Below the pieces are notes generated by a model that saw nothing but the letters and a program-made list of their open reading frames with translations, was not told where the DNA came from and searched no databases. Below are positions 8,770 to 19,426 of a DNA stretch of 64,000 nucleotides, piece by piece (position 1 is the stretch's first letter; every line of letters starts with the position of its first letter). This stretch comes from Candidatus Latescibacterota bacterium (lineage in GTDB: Bacteria; Latescibacterota; UBA2968): contig OZ242311.1 of the NCBI GenBank assembly GCA_965207885.1, positions 2,656,001 through 2,720,000 on the forward strand, in the 5' to 3' direction. The position numbers and the translations under genes are program-made.

Positions 8770-10494
8770 ATGCAGGAAGGCAACGGTCAGGAAATGGACG
8801 CGCTTTGGGGCGAAGATGTCATTGCACTGCGCGCTGAAAATGCAGAACGGGGGCAACTCTTTAATGATGGCAATTACGCGATGTTTATCCACTGGGGTCC
8901 GTATGCTCAACTTGCCAACAAAGTCGATGGCAAAACGTACTACGGCATTGGCGAATGGATCATGAACCCGCGCATGGCCAATATTCCGGTCGAGGAATAT
9001 ATGGAAATGGCGAAAACCTTTAACCCCGTCAATTTTGATGCAACAGAAATAGCACAACTGGCCAAAGACGCGGGCATGAAATACATCATTATTACCAGCA
9101 AGCACCACGATGGTTTTGCTATGTATCGCTCAGCCTGCAACGACTTTAACATTGGTACAGTTACCCAATTTAATCGCGACCCCATGAAAGAACTCGCTGG
9201 GGCCTGCAAAAAACTCGGTCTCGGATTTGGATTCTACTACTCCCACAATCAGGACTGGACTTTTCCAGGTGGTGCAAACGGGCCAGACACAGATGCCGAT
9301 GGCAACCCGGCCACCTTCGACGATTATTTTGTCAAAAAATGCCTGCCACAGGTCGAAGAAATCACCAGCCAGTACGGCCCCATCGAACTCATCTGGTTTG
9401 ACACACCCGGACAAATGCCCAAAAAGTACATTGAGCAACTCATCGAAGTCGTGCGCAAAAACCAACCCAATGCGCTCGTTTCAGGCCGCGCCGGGCACGG
9501 GCTGGGTGACTACAAGACGCTGGGTGATATGGATGTGCCATCCACCAATGTTGACGGTATGTGGGAAAGCGTCGATACTACCAACGACTCCTGGGCTTTT
9601 GCCTGGTACGATGAATACTGGAAAACACCCAAAGAAATTCTTCGCCGCCTGATCTCCTGTGTTGCCAGAGGTGGCACTTACATGCTCAACATAGGTCCCC
9701 GCGGTGACGGTTCAATACCCGAAAGAGCTGCCCGCACTTTACGCGCTGCTGGCGAGTGGATCAAGCGCTATCCCCAGGTCGTTTATGGTACCGATGCATC
9801 ACCCTGGCAACATGCCCTGCCCTGGGGAGATGTGACGGTAAAAGACAACACGCTCTTTCTCTGCATTTTCAACTGGCCTGCCTCTGGCACACTTTATCTG
9901 CCAGGCCTCAAAACAGAAATCGAATCTGCATCCCTCCTCGGTGGCGATCAATCTACACCTTTTAGTAAAAAACACGGCTGGACCAGCTTTGAGCTATCGC
10001 CACAGGCACCCGAAAACCTGGTTTCAGTTCTTGAAGTCAAACTCAAGGGCACGCCGAAAGCCGATTCGACCTGGGCAATTGATCCCGAAATAGAGACCGA
10101 AATTTTTTCAGAAGCTGCGGTCGTTGAAAATGCCACATTGGCAAATCAACGCTGGATGGAAAAATTTGGAGAATGGAAACACGTCAGCCGTATCTACAAA
10201 TGGACGCCTGAAGGCAAAGCGACCTGGACGGTCAACGTTCTTGCGCCTGGAGACTACATCGTAGATCTCACCTATTCGGGTGAAGGACGTCTCGTCTGGG
10301 GGGTTAGTATTGAAAATGGTGAACACATTCAAAATCAGCAAAATTCGTCGCATAACTACCAGCGTTTTCCCATTGGCTGGATTAACTTTTTCGGGCCGGG
10401 TACTTACAAAATCAGCGTTTCCTGTCTCGAAGGCGATTTGAGCAAAGCCAGTCTAAAATCGATTCACTTCACTCCTGTTCACAGTATTCTCTAA
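8770..10494 (+). CDS. Alpha-L-fucosidase (GH29) with C-terminal beta-sandwich
   Basis: MFIHWG, ITSKHHDGF, IWFDTP and YMLNIGPRGDG motifs; AGGAAAGGGA RBS before ATG 8770. Confidence 0.93.
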   Translation: MQEGNGQEMDALWGEDVIALRAENAERGQLFNDGNYAMFIHWGPYAQLANKVDGKTYYGIGEWIMNPRMANIPVEEYMEMAKTFNPVNFDATEIAQLAKDAGMKYIIITSKHHDGFAMYRSACNDFNIGTVTQFNRDPMKELAGACKKLGLGFGFYYSHNQDWTFPGGANGPDTDADGNPATFDDYFVKKCLPQVEEITSQYGPIELIWFDTPGQMPKKYIEQLIEVVRKNQPNALVSGRAGHGLGDYKTLGDMDVPSTNVDGMWESVDTTNDSWAFAWYDEYWKTPKEILRRLISCVARGGTYMLNIGPRGDGSIPERAARTLRAAGEWIKRYPQVVYGTDASPWQHALPWGDVTVKDNTLFLCIFNWPASGTLYLPGLKTEIESASLLGGDQSTPFSKKHGWTSFELSPQAPENLVSVLEVKLKGTPKADSTWAIDPEIETEIFSEAAVVENATLANQRWMEKFGEWKHVSRIYKWTPEGKATWTVNVLAPGDYIVDLTYSGEGRLVWGVSIENGEHIQNQQNSSHNYQRFPIGWINFFGPGTYKISVSCLEGDLSKASLKSIHFTPVHSIL

Positions 10495-10514
10495 ATCCAT
10501 TGCAGGAGATACAG

Positions 10515-11978
10515 ATGACACAGGACTTCACAGAACAAAACAGATCTTTAACGCTCGGCAAAGGTGTCAATACCGATTTTACCGCAACTGAAGTAAACAA
10601 AGTCTCCTATGATAAAGGCTTTTATATTGCGTTCAAAGAAGCCGGATTTGATTCCGTCCGTTTCTTTATTAAACAGGGCTGGAATCCGGAATTCTATAAA
10701 CCGGCAGTTGACGATGCGTTGGAACTCGGCTTAAAAGTCATCCTTGTTCCTTTTTCGATGTATTGTTGGGGAAAAGAAAGCCTTGTACAGTGGTGGGGTG
10801 AAGTTGCGGAATATTATGGAGACTATCCTGCCGAGTTGATTTTTGAAGCTTTTAACGAACCCAAAATGGCAGGACACCCCGACGGAGAAGAAGCTGAAAC
10901 CATGGCATGGTATTCTGCGTGTATCCAGGAAATTCGCAGATCAAATCCAACGAGATTGATAGCCGTTGGTGGGCCGCATTTTAATGGCGTGCAGCTGCTC
11001 ACGAAATATGTAACACCGGAGTATCTTTCATATACGCTCCAGGATGGAACCAGTTTTGCCGATGACCCCAATATTTGGGGCGTTTTTCATTGTTATCACC
11101 CCAAACCTTTTACCCACGGTGCAATAGACCAGGATATCAACAAAGATCATCCAGGCTGGCGAGAAACCATACTTGCAGATTTGGAAGAAGCAGACGCGTG
11201 GTCAAAAAAACACAACAAAAAGGTCTATCTCAGTGAATGGGGCGCACGTCTTAATCATGAAATAAGGCATGTTGAAGAATACACGGGCTTTATGGTACCT
11301 GAGCTTGCCAAAAGAAATATTGAATGGTCGTACTACTGTGGTGTATTCAATAATGCCTGGCCCTACGGACTGTATAATTCAGAATGGGGATTTGCAGGTG
11401 TTGAAGGTGTGGTAAAAAATTTGACCGGAAAAGAACCGCCGGCAGAAGTCCCGCCTACCAACCAGATCGTCAATTCGGACTTTCAGCTCGATTTGGCAGA
11501 CTGGAACGCATCCGAATATGCCATTATGGGGACTGCTGACGGACAAGGTGTAGATGGAACACGGGCCATCAGAGTGCATGTGCCTTTTACCTTTGACCCC
11601 GACGTGGGGCGCGGGGTGATACCGTCGCTCTATCAGCAATACGAGCCGGACTGGAAGTTTCGCGTAAGGGGAAAAGTACAGGCAAATAAGTACACTATCC
11701 AACTCCGGGAAGGCAGCATATACCAGATCTCGTTTTACGCGAGATGCGAAGTCGGTACCGCGCGGTTGCACATTCAGCTTGGTCACGCCCCCGAAAATGA
11801 CCCCGTCATCTGGACCTCTGAAGAAATAACTGTAGATAGCAAACTGAAAAAATACGAACTCGAGTACGAACATGCCGTCCAAGCGGTCAGAAACGTCCGC
11901 TTCTCTTTTATCTTCCTCGACCGTCATTCAGAGATCCTTCTCGACCAGATTGAACTGCGCGGCCGAAGACCTGAATAA
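10515..11978 (+). CDS. GH5-like glycoside hydrolase with C-terminal CBM4/9-like domain
   Basis: AGFDSVR, FEAFNEP acid/base, FHCYHP, YLSEWG nucleophile; NQIVNSDF start of a CBM-like domain. Confidence 0.82.
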   Translation: MTQDFTEQNRSLTLGKGVNTDFTATEVNKVSYDKGFYIAFKEAGFDSVRFFIKQGWNPEFYKPAVDDALELGLKVILVPFSMYCWGKESLVQWWGEVAEYYGDYPAELIFEAFNEPKMAGHPDGEEAETMAWYSACIQEIRRSNPTRLIAVGGPHFNGVQLLTKYVTPEYLSYTLQDGTSFADDPNIWGVFHCYHPKPFTHGAIDQDINKDHPGWRETILADLEEADAWSKKHNKKVYLSEWGARLNHEIRHVEEYTGFMVPELAKRNIEWSYYCGVFNNAWPYGLYNSEWGFAGVEGVVKNLTGKEPPAEVPPTNQIVNSDFQLDLADWNASEYAIMGTADGQGVDGTRAIRVHVPFTFDPDVGRGVIPSLYQQYEPDWKFRVRGKVQANKYTIQLREGSIYQISFYARCEVGTARLHIQLGHAPENDPVIWTSEEITVDSKLKKYELEYEHAVQAVRNVRFSFIFLDRHSEILLDQIELRGRRPE

Positions 11979-11996
11979 GCCGAGGAGACGGTTTTT

Positions 11997-13457
11997 ATGT
12001 CAACTTTAGAAAAAACCAATATCGTTTTTATTCTCGCCGATGACATGGCTGTTTGGGCGGCGGGTTGTTATGGCAATGCAGAAATTCGAACGCCAAACCT
12101 CGACCGCATGGCGGCAACAGGCGTGCGGTTTGAGAATTTTTTTGTGACGATTCCAGTGTGTTCGGCCAGCCGGGCTTCTTTTTTGACCGGGCGAATTCCG
12201 TCTCAGCACGGCGTTCACGATTTTATTGCGGGTCAGGTCAATTTTGGGACTACAGGACAGAGTTTTCTCGATGGTGAAGTTTGTTACACAAATATTTTGG
12301 CTGACAATGGGTGGGCATGTGGTCTGTCGGGCAAATGGCATTTGGGCAATTCGTCTCTTCCGCAATGTGGGTTTTCTCACTGGTTTGCGCATCCGGGTGG
12401 GGCGGGCGTTTATAACGATCAGGAAATGATACGCGATGGTGTGACAGAGGTTGTGCCCGGTTATGTGACGCATGTGATTACGGATGATGCGCTTGAATAT
12501 ATCGATGCTCATGCAGAAGATGAAAATCCATTTTATCTGAGTGTTCATTATACTGCGCCACACGCGCCGTGGATCGGTCATCCTCAGGATATTGTGGATT
12601 CTTATGATGACTGTGCGTTTGAGACGTGCCCACAGGAACCACTCCATCCCTGGGCAAAGGTGCCTGAGGATGATGCAGATCTGCCAGCTCGGTCAATGAG
12701 AGGGCTGAGCAATAACCTGGGGCAGCGCGAAAGTTTGAAGGGATATTTTGCGGCGGTGACTGCGATGGATCTGGATGTGGGGCGGATTTTGGACAAGCTG
12801 GAAGAAAAGGGTTTGCGCGAAAATACGCTTGTGGTGTTTACTTCTGACAATGGGTATTCGTGCGGGCAACATGGATTTTGGGGTAAAGGCAATGGAACTG
12901 ATCCGGTGAATATGTATGAGAATTCGATTGTGGTGCCTTTTTTGGCTACGCACCCGGGTGTGATTCCAGAAGGCACGGTGCAATCGGCGCTGGCTTCGGC
13001 TTATGATATTTTGCCCACGTTTTTGGACTATGTTGATCTTCCGCTTCCCGATACGAATTTGCCAGGCCAATCGCTGGTTCCAGTGTTGAAAAATGAGTGT
13101 GCAAAAGGTCGTGACAGTGTTGTCATTTACGATGAGTATGGTTATTGCAGGATGATTCGGACCGCTGAGTGGAAATACATCCATCGTTATCCAGATGGAC
13201 CAAATGAGCTTTACGATGTTGTGAAGGACCCCGATGATCGCAACAATTTAATTGATGACCCGGCACAGGCTGATCGCGTGAAAGATCTCAAAGGAGAGAT
13301 GGAAACGTGGTTTGAGAAATATGTGATTCCCGATATCGATGGCCGCATATACAATGTGAAGGGTTCTGGCCAGTTGCGGCCTGTGGGTAGAAAATGGGAA
13401 GATGGAAAAGAACCGTTTGCAGAGGCTGTAATCAGGATACCAGTGAGAAATGAGTGA
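11997..13457 (+). CDS. Formylglycine-dependent sulfatase
   Basis: NIVFILADD, CSASRASFLTG, GKWHLG, FTSDNG. Confidence 0.93.
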   Translation: MSTLEKTNIVFILADDMAVWAAGCYGNAEIRTPNLDRMAATGVRFENFFVTIPVCSASRASFLTGRIPSQHGVHDFIAGQVNFGTTGQSFLDGEVCYTNILADNGWACGLSGKWHLGNSSLPQCGFSHWFAHPGGAGVYNDQEMIRDGVTEVVPGYVTHVITDDALEYIDAHAEDENPFYLSVHYTAPHAPWIGHPQDIVDSYDDCAFETCPQEPLHPWAKVPEDDADLPARSMRGLSNNLGQRESLKGYFAAVTAMDLDVGRILDKLEEKGLRENTLVVFTSDNGYSCGQHGFWGKGNGTDPVNMYENSIVVPFLATHPGVIPEGTVQSALASAYDILPTFLDYVDLPLPDTNLPGQSLVPVLKNECAKGRDSVVIYDEYGYCRMIRTAEWKYIHRYPDGPNELYDVVKDPDDRNNLIDDPAQADRVKDLKGEMETWFEKYVIPDIDGRIYNVKGSGQLRPVGRKWEDGKEPFAEAVIRIPVRNE

Positions 13458-14676
13458 GATTGAGTTCAGGCGAGCGATGGTAGGGGATGTGGAGGAGGTC
13501 CTTCGCGTAATGGCGCAGGCGTTTGGGAGGGCGCCGGGATCGGAGAAGTACGAGCGCGACAAGGAGAGAATTACGAGGGAGACTGACGCGCATTGGGTGC
13601 TTGTGCGAGAGGGGGAGATCGTCGGGGCGGCGCATGTTCGGCGGGAGGAGATTCAGGTGGGGCAGGCGGTCGTGGCCAAGGCAGATGTCGGGGAGGTGTG
13701 TATCGCGCCGAGTTGCCAGGGGGAGGGGCTTGGGACGGCGTTGATGAAGATGGTGGTGGGGCAGTTGCGGGCGGATGGGTATCCCCTGTCGCGGCTGGGC
13801 GGGTATCGGCGGTTCTACGAGCGGTTCGGGTGGGTGCCATTTCCGCGGGGCTACATCGACTTCGCGCTGCGGGGATTGACGTCGCGGGGCGGGTTCACCG
13901 ATCCGGTGAGCTACCTGGATCGGCCGGAGGAGGATGCGCGGATTCGGACGTACGATGGATGTCGGGATGCGGCGGCGTGCGAGGTGCTTTACGCGGCGTT
14001 CAACGCGGGGCGGACAGGGGCTGAGCCATCGCGGTCGTTTGGAGCGGGCGCCGGGAATCTGTGGCGAGTGGTATATGAGGTGGACGGAGCGATCCGGGCT
14101 TACGTTTTCGCGTCACAGAACGCGCCGCCTTATACGCGGTTTTCGTCGTCGGTGTCGATCTCCGACGGGGCGTGCGATCCGGGTGATACGCGACCGCTTG
14201 GCGCAACGCTGCGATACGTTCTGCGTCAGGCGGCGATCGCGGGGGCGGAATCGGTCCGGGCGCGGCTGCCGCTGGACCCGTCGCTCTACGATCTGTATCG
14301 GGATTCGAGCTGCGGGTTCGTGCCGTCGCTCTGGCAGTCGTCGGAAGGCGGGAATATGCTGCAGGTGCTGAGTCTGAGGGGGCTGCTTGAGGCGATTGCG
14401 CCGGAACTGACGGAGCGGCTGCGGAAGGCGGAACAGGGGACGGGCGAGATCGGTCTTCGCGTGCGGGGAGAGACGGTTGGATTGGCGTGGGATGGGGAGC
14501 GGTTGACAGTGGGAGAAGGGAAAGGGGATTGGGTGGAGCTCGGGCAGGATGGGGTGATGAAGATGGTGCTGGGGTTGGTGCCGGTGGAGCAGGTCGTGAA
14601 AGGAGAGAGGGAGGATGTGGCTATGCTGAGGGCGGCGTTTCCGGTACAGGGGACGGCGACGGGGGTTTGGGGGTGA
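13450..14676 (+). CDS. Eis-like GNAT acetyltransferase (tandem GNAT plus SCP2-like C-terminus)
   Basis: VGEVCIAPSCQGEGLGTALM acetyl-CoA motif A; FYERFGW; 408 aa. Confidence 0.8.
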   Translation: MSEIEFRRAMVGDVEEVLRVMAQAFGRAPGSEKYERDKERITRETDAHWVLVREGEIVGAAHVRREEIQVGQAVVAKADVGEVCIAPSCQGEGLGTALMKMVVGQLRADGYPLSRLGGYRRFYERFGWVPFPRGYIDFALRGLTSRGGFTDPVSYLDRPEEDARIRTYDGCRDAAACEVLYAAFNAGRTGAEPSRSFGAGAGNLWRVVYEVDGAIRAYVFASQNAPPYTRFSSSVSISDGACDPGDTRPLGATLRYVLRQAAIAGAESVRARLPLDPSLYDLYRDSSCGFVPSLWQSSEGGNMLQVLSLRGLLEAIAPELTERLRKAEQGTGEIGLRVRGETVGLAWDGERLTVGEGKGDWVELGQDGVMKMVLGLVPVEQVVKGEREDVAMLRAAFPVQGTATGVWG

Positions 14677-14719
14677 TGGACTACGCGAGATGAATAAAAT
14701 ATGGAGGCAAAAGATCAGT

Positions 14720-15592
14720 ATGTCATCAAACATCCACTTTGCTATGGGCGGCGCCATTTTCGGAGCCTTTACGACTGAATCCGTGAAGCTGATTGCTAAG
14801 CACGGTCTGCCGGGCGTCGAACCTTACCGCAGTGGCCTGATCGCCTGGCTCGACGATCCGCAAGCTCTGAAGGCCCTCCTCGACGAGCACGGTATTCGGC
14901 TCATTACCGCCTCAAACGGCGGGCCTGGTCAGTCGATGGCGTTCATTGATCGCTCAAAACGTCAGGAAACAATCGCCGACCACGTCGCTTTCTGCCGCGA
15001 TTTCCTGAAGGTCTTCGGCTGCACGCACTTCAAGATCAACATGGGGAGCCGCCCGCAAAACGGAACAACGGCGGATGACATCAAAGCGATCTCAGAGACT
15101 GTGTCAGAACTCGGCAAGCGAACGCTTGAGATGGGTGTGACGATCGCGCCACACCCGCATATCTGGGGGCCGATCGAGCGGCCAGAGGAAGTTCGCGCCC
15201 TTCTCGATCAGACCGACCCAGATATCGTGTCCTGGATTCCCGACACCGCACAGCTCAACCTCGGAGGAGGCGATCCCGTTCAGCTCATCGACGATTATTA
15301 CGACCGACTGGCCGCCGTCCATTGGAAGGATTCGAAGGCGTCGTATCGCGGTTATACTGGCCCGACACCGACGAAGGAGATGCACGCGGAGGAGATTCTG
15401 TACAAAGATCTGGGGTCCGGCGGCGTCGATCACCCTGCGATTTGGGCCATGCTGAATGCGCGAGGCTACGACGGATGGATCACGCTCGATCTCGATCCTC
15501 CGCGTCCAAACGAAGGCGAAGGTTCAGTTGATGACAAAATAGGGATCAACTGTAGATATCTGATGGAAACATTGAAAGTTTCCCGCTTTTAG
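14720..15592 (+). CDS. Sugar phosphate isomerase/epimerase, inosose dehydratase-like TIM barrel
   Basis: HPHIWGPIE, PDTAQL, VHWKD, DLGSGGVD, WITLDLD; GGAGG RBS at 14703. Confidence 0.85.
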   Translation: MSSNIHFAMGGAIFGAFTTESVKLIAKHGLPGVEPYRSGLIAWLDDPQALKALLDEHGIRLITASNGGPGQSMAFIDRSKRQETIADHVAFCRDFLKVFGCTHFKINMGSRPQNGTTADDIKAISETVSELGKRTLEMGVTIAPHPHIWGPIERPEEVRALLDQTDPDIVSWIPDTAQLNLGGGDPVQLIDDYYDRLAAVHWKDSKASYRGYTGPTPTKEMHAEEILYKDLGSGGVDHPAIWAMLNARGYDGWITLDLDPPRPNEGEGSVDDKIGINCRYLMETLKVSRF

Positions 15593-15779
15593 TGTGTCAA
15601 TCCCGGTATTTGGCTTGTTTTGTTATCCCTTTTATCTTTACGTTTAGATATCTTAATGGCCAGGCTGTTGCAAGGCAATGGTCACTTGACAAGTTGCAGA
15701 CACAGATAGGCGCAAGCAGGATCGCAACCCGCCTCACGCACGGCACAATCTGCTGACTGCAAAGAAGGAGACTTGCATC

Positions 15780-17354
15780 ATGCGTTTCTTCAACACCGCT
15801 GGCCCGATCAAGCCCGAGAGACACTATTGTATCCCGCCTCTGGAACGCTTAAATATGAACGAGGTGCTCGCACTCATCCGAGACGAGAAATACTTTGTCT
15901 TGCACGCGCCTCGGCAGACGGGCAAGACTTCTGCTTTGCTGGCTCTGCGCGATCTGCTCAACGCTCAGGACACCTATCGCTGTGTGTACGTCAACGTTGA
16001 AGGTGGACAGGCCGCGCGCGAAGATGTGGAACTGGTGACGCGCACCTTTCTGGGTGAGTTGGCATCTCGGGCGCGTTCAGTAGGTGACGAATTTTTGGAC
16101 GAGATCTGGTTCGACATCCTGGCGAAATACGGGCCTCACTCTGCACTGCGCGAGGCGTTGATGCGCTGGGCACAGGTTGCCCCGAAGCCATTGGTGCTGC
16201 TCATTGACGAGATCGATGCTCTGATCGGCGATTCTCTGCTGTCCGTGTTGCGGCAGTTGCGATCTGGCTATGACCGTCGCCCGGAGGGTTTTCCACAAAG
16301 CGTAATATTGTGTGGCGTGCGCGATGTGCGCGACTACCGCATCCAATCAACGGCAGAGAATGCGATCATTGCCGGTGGCAGTGCGTTTAATATCAGAGCG
16401 CGATCTTTGCGCCTGGGCGACTTCTCGCGTGACGAGGTGCTCGCCCTGCTCAACCAGCATACGGATGAGACAGGACAGGTGTTCACTCCTGCTGCGTTGG
16501 AACTGATCTGGAGACAGACCCAGGGGCAGCCGTGGCTGGTCAACGCACTGGCGGAAGAAACCTGTTTCTATGGCGAAGCCGCAGAGGACCGGGGTATCTC
16601 AATTACTGCCAACGCCATCCGCGACGCCCGTGAGCAACTCATCTTGCGCCGAGAGATACACCTCGACCAACTCACCGACAAGTTGCAGGAGAAGCGCGTG
16701 CAGCGCGTGATTGAACCGCTGCTGAGTGGTGGAGAGGACAGCGACTTCTCCACGCGCGATCTCGAATACGTCCGCGACCTGGGTTTGATTGCATCCGAAG
16801 GTCCACTCCGTATTGCCAATCCGATCTATGCAGAAGTCGTCCCGCGCGAATTGACCTACGCAGCGCAGGTCGGGCTCAATGAGGACACAGCATGGTATGT
16901 CAATGCCGATGACAGCCTGAATGTGGTCAAACTGCTGACCGCGTTTCAGACCTTCTTTCGCGAGCACTCAGAGCACTGGGTTGAAAGGTTTCAGTACAGG
17001 GAAGCCGGTCCACAGTTGCTGTTGCAGGCATTTCTCCAGCGCATTGTGAACAGTGGTGGACGCATTGAACGGGAGTATGGTTTGGGACGTGGACGCACTG
17101 ATCTGCTCATCTTATGGCCGCAGGGCGATCAGACGCGCAAAATCGTGATTGAGTGTAAATTGCTCCACAAGAGTCTGGACCAGACCATTGCTGAAGGTCT
17201 GGAACAGACCGCGGAGTACATGGATCGGTGCGATGCAGAGGCGGGTCATCTGGTGATTTTTGACCGTCGCGCAGACAGGCGTTGGGAGGATAAGGTGTTC
17301 CACCGTCGCCGTGCGTCTGAAGGTGGTGTTGAGATAGACGTATGGGGTATGTGA
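15780..17354 (+). CDS. AAA-like ATPase with C-terminal PD-(D/E)XK nuclease-like domain
   Basis: MRFFNTAGP start, Walker A APRQTGKTS, Walker B LLIDEID, C-terminal REYGLGRGRTDLLI…VIECK. Confidence 0.88.
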   Translation: MRFFNTAGPIKPERHYCIPPLERLNMNEVLALIRDEKYFVLHAPRQTGKTSALLALRDLLNAQDTYRCVYVNVEGGQAAREDVELVTRTFLGELASRARSVGDEFLDEIWFDILAKYGPHSALREALMRWAQVAPKPLVLLIDEIDALIGDSLLSVLRQLRSGYDRRPEGFPQSVILCGVRDVRDYRIQSTAENAIIAGGSAFNIRARSLRLGDFSRDEVLALLNQHTDETGQVFTPAALELIWRQTQGQPWLVNALAEETCFYGEAAEDRGISITANAIRDAREQLILRREIHLDQLTDKLQEKRVQRVIEPLLSGGEDSDFSTRDLEYVRDLGLIASEGPLRIANPIYAEVVPRELTYAAQVGLNEDTAWYVNADDSLNVVKLLTAFQTFFREHSEHWVERFQYREAGPQLLLQAFLQRIVNSGGRIEREYGLGRGRTDLLILWPQGDQTRKIVIECKLLHKSLDQTIAEGLEQTAEYMDRCDAEAGHLVIFDRRADRRWEDKVFHRRRASEGGVEIDVWGM

Positions 17355-17568
17355 TTTTTTGTCTTCGACGCCCCAGACCAGATGGTTGCCAACGGGGTCG
17401 AAATAAACTACACGGGCTTGCTGAAAACAGCACTCAAAACCGCTGGTATATTTGATCAATCAATCGTTATCGAGCATTTGAAGATTTAGTTGGACAAGTC
17501 TGAAAGTGGGGGAGGGTGTCAGACGTGAAAGAGGACTTTTGTAAGTGTACATTCAGGTGAGGAGCGAT

Positions 17569-18540
17569 ATGTCAGACGAAGTAGAGTTTCTTTCAGATGT
17601 TTTATCGCGACCGTGGTTGTCAGAGGCGCAATTCAAAATTAGTGTAAGCCCTGCTGGATTACACTTTTTTGATCGGGCTACTGGAATCAATGTACTATTA
17701 GACGAGGTTGACCTGTCTCCCGATAATTGGTCTGCTGCACCGCGTCAGGTATCGATAGCATTGACAAATGTCTGCGATTTGGCTTGCGCTCACTGTTACG
17801 CCCCCAAGAATCCCGCAGCACTCGCTTTTGACCAAATAGCTGGTTGGCTTCAGGAGTTAGACGCAAATGGGTGTATCGGTGTGGGATTTGGGGGTGGCGA
17901 ACCGACTCTCTACCCAAGATGTGCCGAACTTTGTTCTTTTGCTATGAAGGAGACAAATCTGGCAGTGACTATGACGACGCACGCTCATCGCTTGAGCGAT
18001 CAAATGCTCACTGAACTCAACGGCAACCTGAATTTTGTGAGGGTGAGTATGGATGGAGTAGGCACAACATACGAATCAATCCGTAGCAAATCTTTCGATA
18101 CCCTAATTGACCGCATCAAGGCACTAAGTAGGATAGTGCCGTTTGGTATCAATTTTGTAGTCAACTCGAGCACTATAAGAGATCTCCAATACGCGACTAA
18201 ATTAGCTGCAAAGCTTGGTGCCTCCGAGTTTTTGTTGCTACCTGAAGTACCAGTGAGAAATCGCCAAGGCATTGACAATGAAACCGTTGAAAAATTACAA
18301 GAATGGGTCAGAGGCTATCGCGGTAGCGTTCCTCTCTCAGTCAGTGAAACTGGATTGGAAGGCCTTCCAACATGTGATCCACTCTACGCGGAGACTGGGT
18401 TGGACGCGTTCGCGCACATTGATGCCTCTGGCTTGTTGAAACGCACCTCTTTTGATGCATTTGGAATTTCGATTGGCGAGAGTGGCGTGTTGGTAGCTCT
18501 AAACATTTTGAAATCTAAAACCAAAAGGGCAGGCACATGA
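17569..18540 (+). CDS. Radical SAM protein without a Cys-rich SPASM domain
   Basis: CDLACAHC, FGGGEP and RVSMDG motifs; only one C-terminal Cys; GAGGAG RBS. Confidence 0.9.
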   Translation: MSDEVEFLSDVLSRPWLSEAQFKISVSPAGLHFFDRATGINVLLDEVDLSPDNWSAAPRQVSIALTNVCDLACAHCYAPKNPAALAFDQIAGWLQELDANGCIGVGFGGGEPTLYPRCAELCSFAMKETNLAVTMTTHAHRLSDQMLTELNGNLNFVRVSMDGVGTTYESIRSKSFDTLIDRIKALSRIVPFGINFVVNSSTIRDLQYATKLAAKLGASEFLLLPEVPVRNRQGIDNETVEKLQEWVRGYRGSVPLSVSETGLEGLPTCDPLYAETGLDAFAHIDASGLLKRTSFDAFGISIGESGVLVALNILKSKTKRAGT

Positions 18541-18803
18541 AAATATGGCAGGCGTATGGGTCGGAGCACTCGATGCGACTCGTAATGATCGGACGCTTTA
18601 GGACTGCTACTGACGCAAAGAAAACCCAGCAACTAATAGTGGAAATTGGAAAAGACAAAGATGGGAGAATTTTTCTACTCACCCCACACCCCGCTTTCTA
18701 TACCCATCCTGACAATTCTTTTAAATGGAAATGGAACGATCTACCAACGGACTCGCTGGAAAAGGCATTTAAGCAAGCCAGAGAAATATATTTAGGAAAT
18801 TAA
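18537..18803 (+). pseudogene. Probable chimeric or truncated DUF6375-like protein
   Basis: MKIWQAYGSEHSMRLVMIGRF matches my recollection of the DUF6375 N-terminus, and the resemblance stops after ~34 aa. ATGA overlap with the radical SAM stop. Confidence 0.5.
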
Positions 18804-19111
18804 AAAAATGAATACAAAAACATCTATCTTATTTGCTTTAACAGGTCGGTCAAGTCCAATCACGCGAACGTATTTTCTCGTGTGACACCAGACCCACTGT
18901 ATCGGCATGCGAAGCCCAATCAGTGAGCGCGGATATGGATTTTTTGGTGCAGGCAGATATACAGGCCGATGAGTTTGTCTTGTCGGTCCATCCCTTTGCC
19001 CCTATTTTCAAGGGTGCTCTTTACTTGAATTTACATCATAACTCCGATCTGAATGACGACGGCGACCCTGATCCCAATTTTGCAATAGTAATGAAAAAAA
19101 AGGACAGAACG

Positions 19112-19426
19112 ATGATTGACCAAACAATCCTAGACAACATCATCAGTCGTATTGTGGAAGTGGCTGATCCCGAGCGGATTATCCTTTTTGGGTCTGCTGC
19201 CCGAGGTGACATGAACCGCCATAGCGATGTCGATCTGCTCGTTATCGCGGATGTCGATGATCGCCTCGCCGCAATGGCGCAAATTCACCGGAGATTGCGC
19301 GGAAGGCATCTGGCAGTTGATGTGATCGTGGTTACGCCAGCAGATGTCGCCCGATACGGCAAGAGCCATGCCTTAATCATTAAGCCGGCATTGCAGGAAG
19401 GAAAGGTGGTGTATGAAGCAGCCTGA
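19112..19426 (+). CDS. Minimal nucleotidyltransferase (MNT antitoxin)
   Basis: ILFGSAARGDMNRHSDVDLLV (GSx10DxD); start reassigned to ATG 19112 after AAGGA. Confidence 0.9.
   Translation: MIDQTILDNIISRIVEVADPERIILFGSAARGDMNRHSDVDLLVIADVDDRLAAMAQIHRRLRGRHLAVDVIVVTPADVARYGKSHALIIKPALQEGKVVYEAA

Noticed and set aside
17363-17450. Imperfect hairpin TTCGACGCCCC…GGGGTCGAA and GGCTTGCTGAAAA as a riboswitch, attC or IS end
   Set aside because: Single occurrence, no partner end or transposase, and no convincing consensus match.
17569-18540. Radical SAM as anaerobic sulfatase maturase or RiPP maturase
   Set aside because: It lacks the Cys-rich SPASM domain, and no precursor peptide is evident.
18923-19111. 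63-aa N-terminal extension of the MNT
   Set aside because: MNT domains are ~100 aa, and an RBS precedes ATG 19112.
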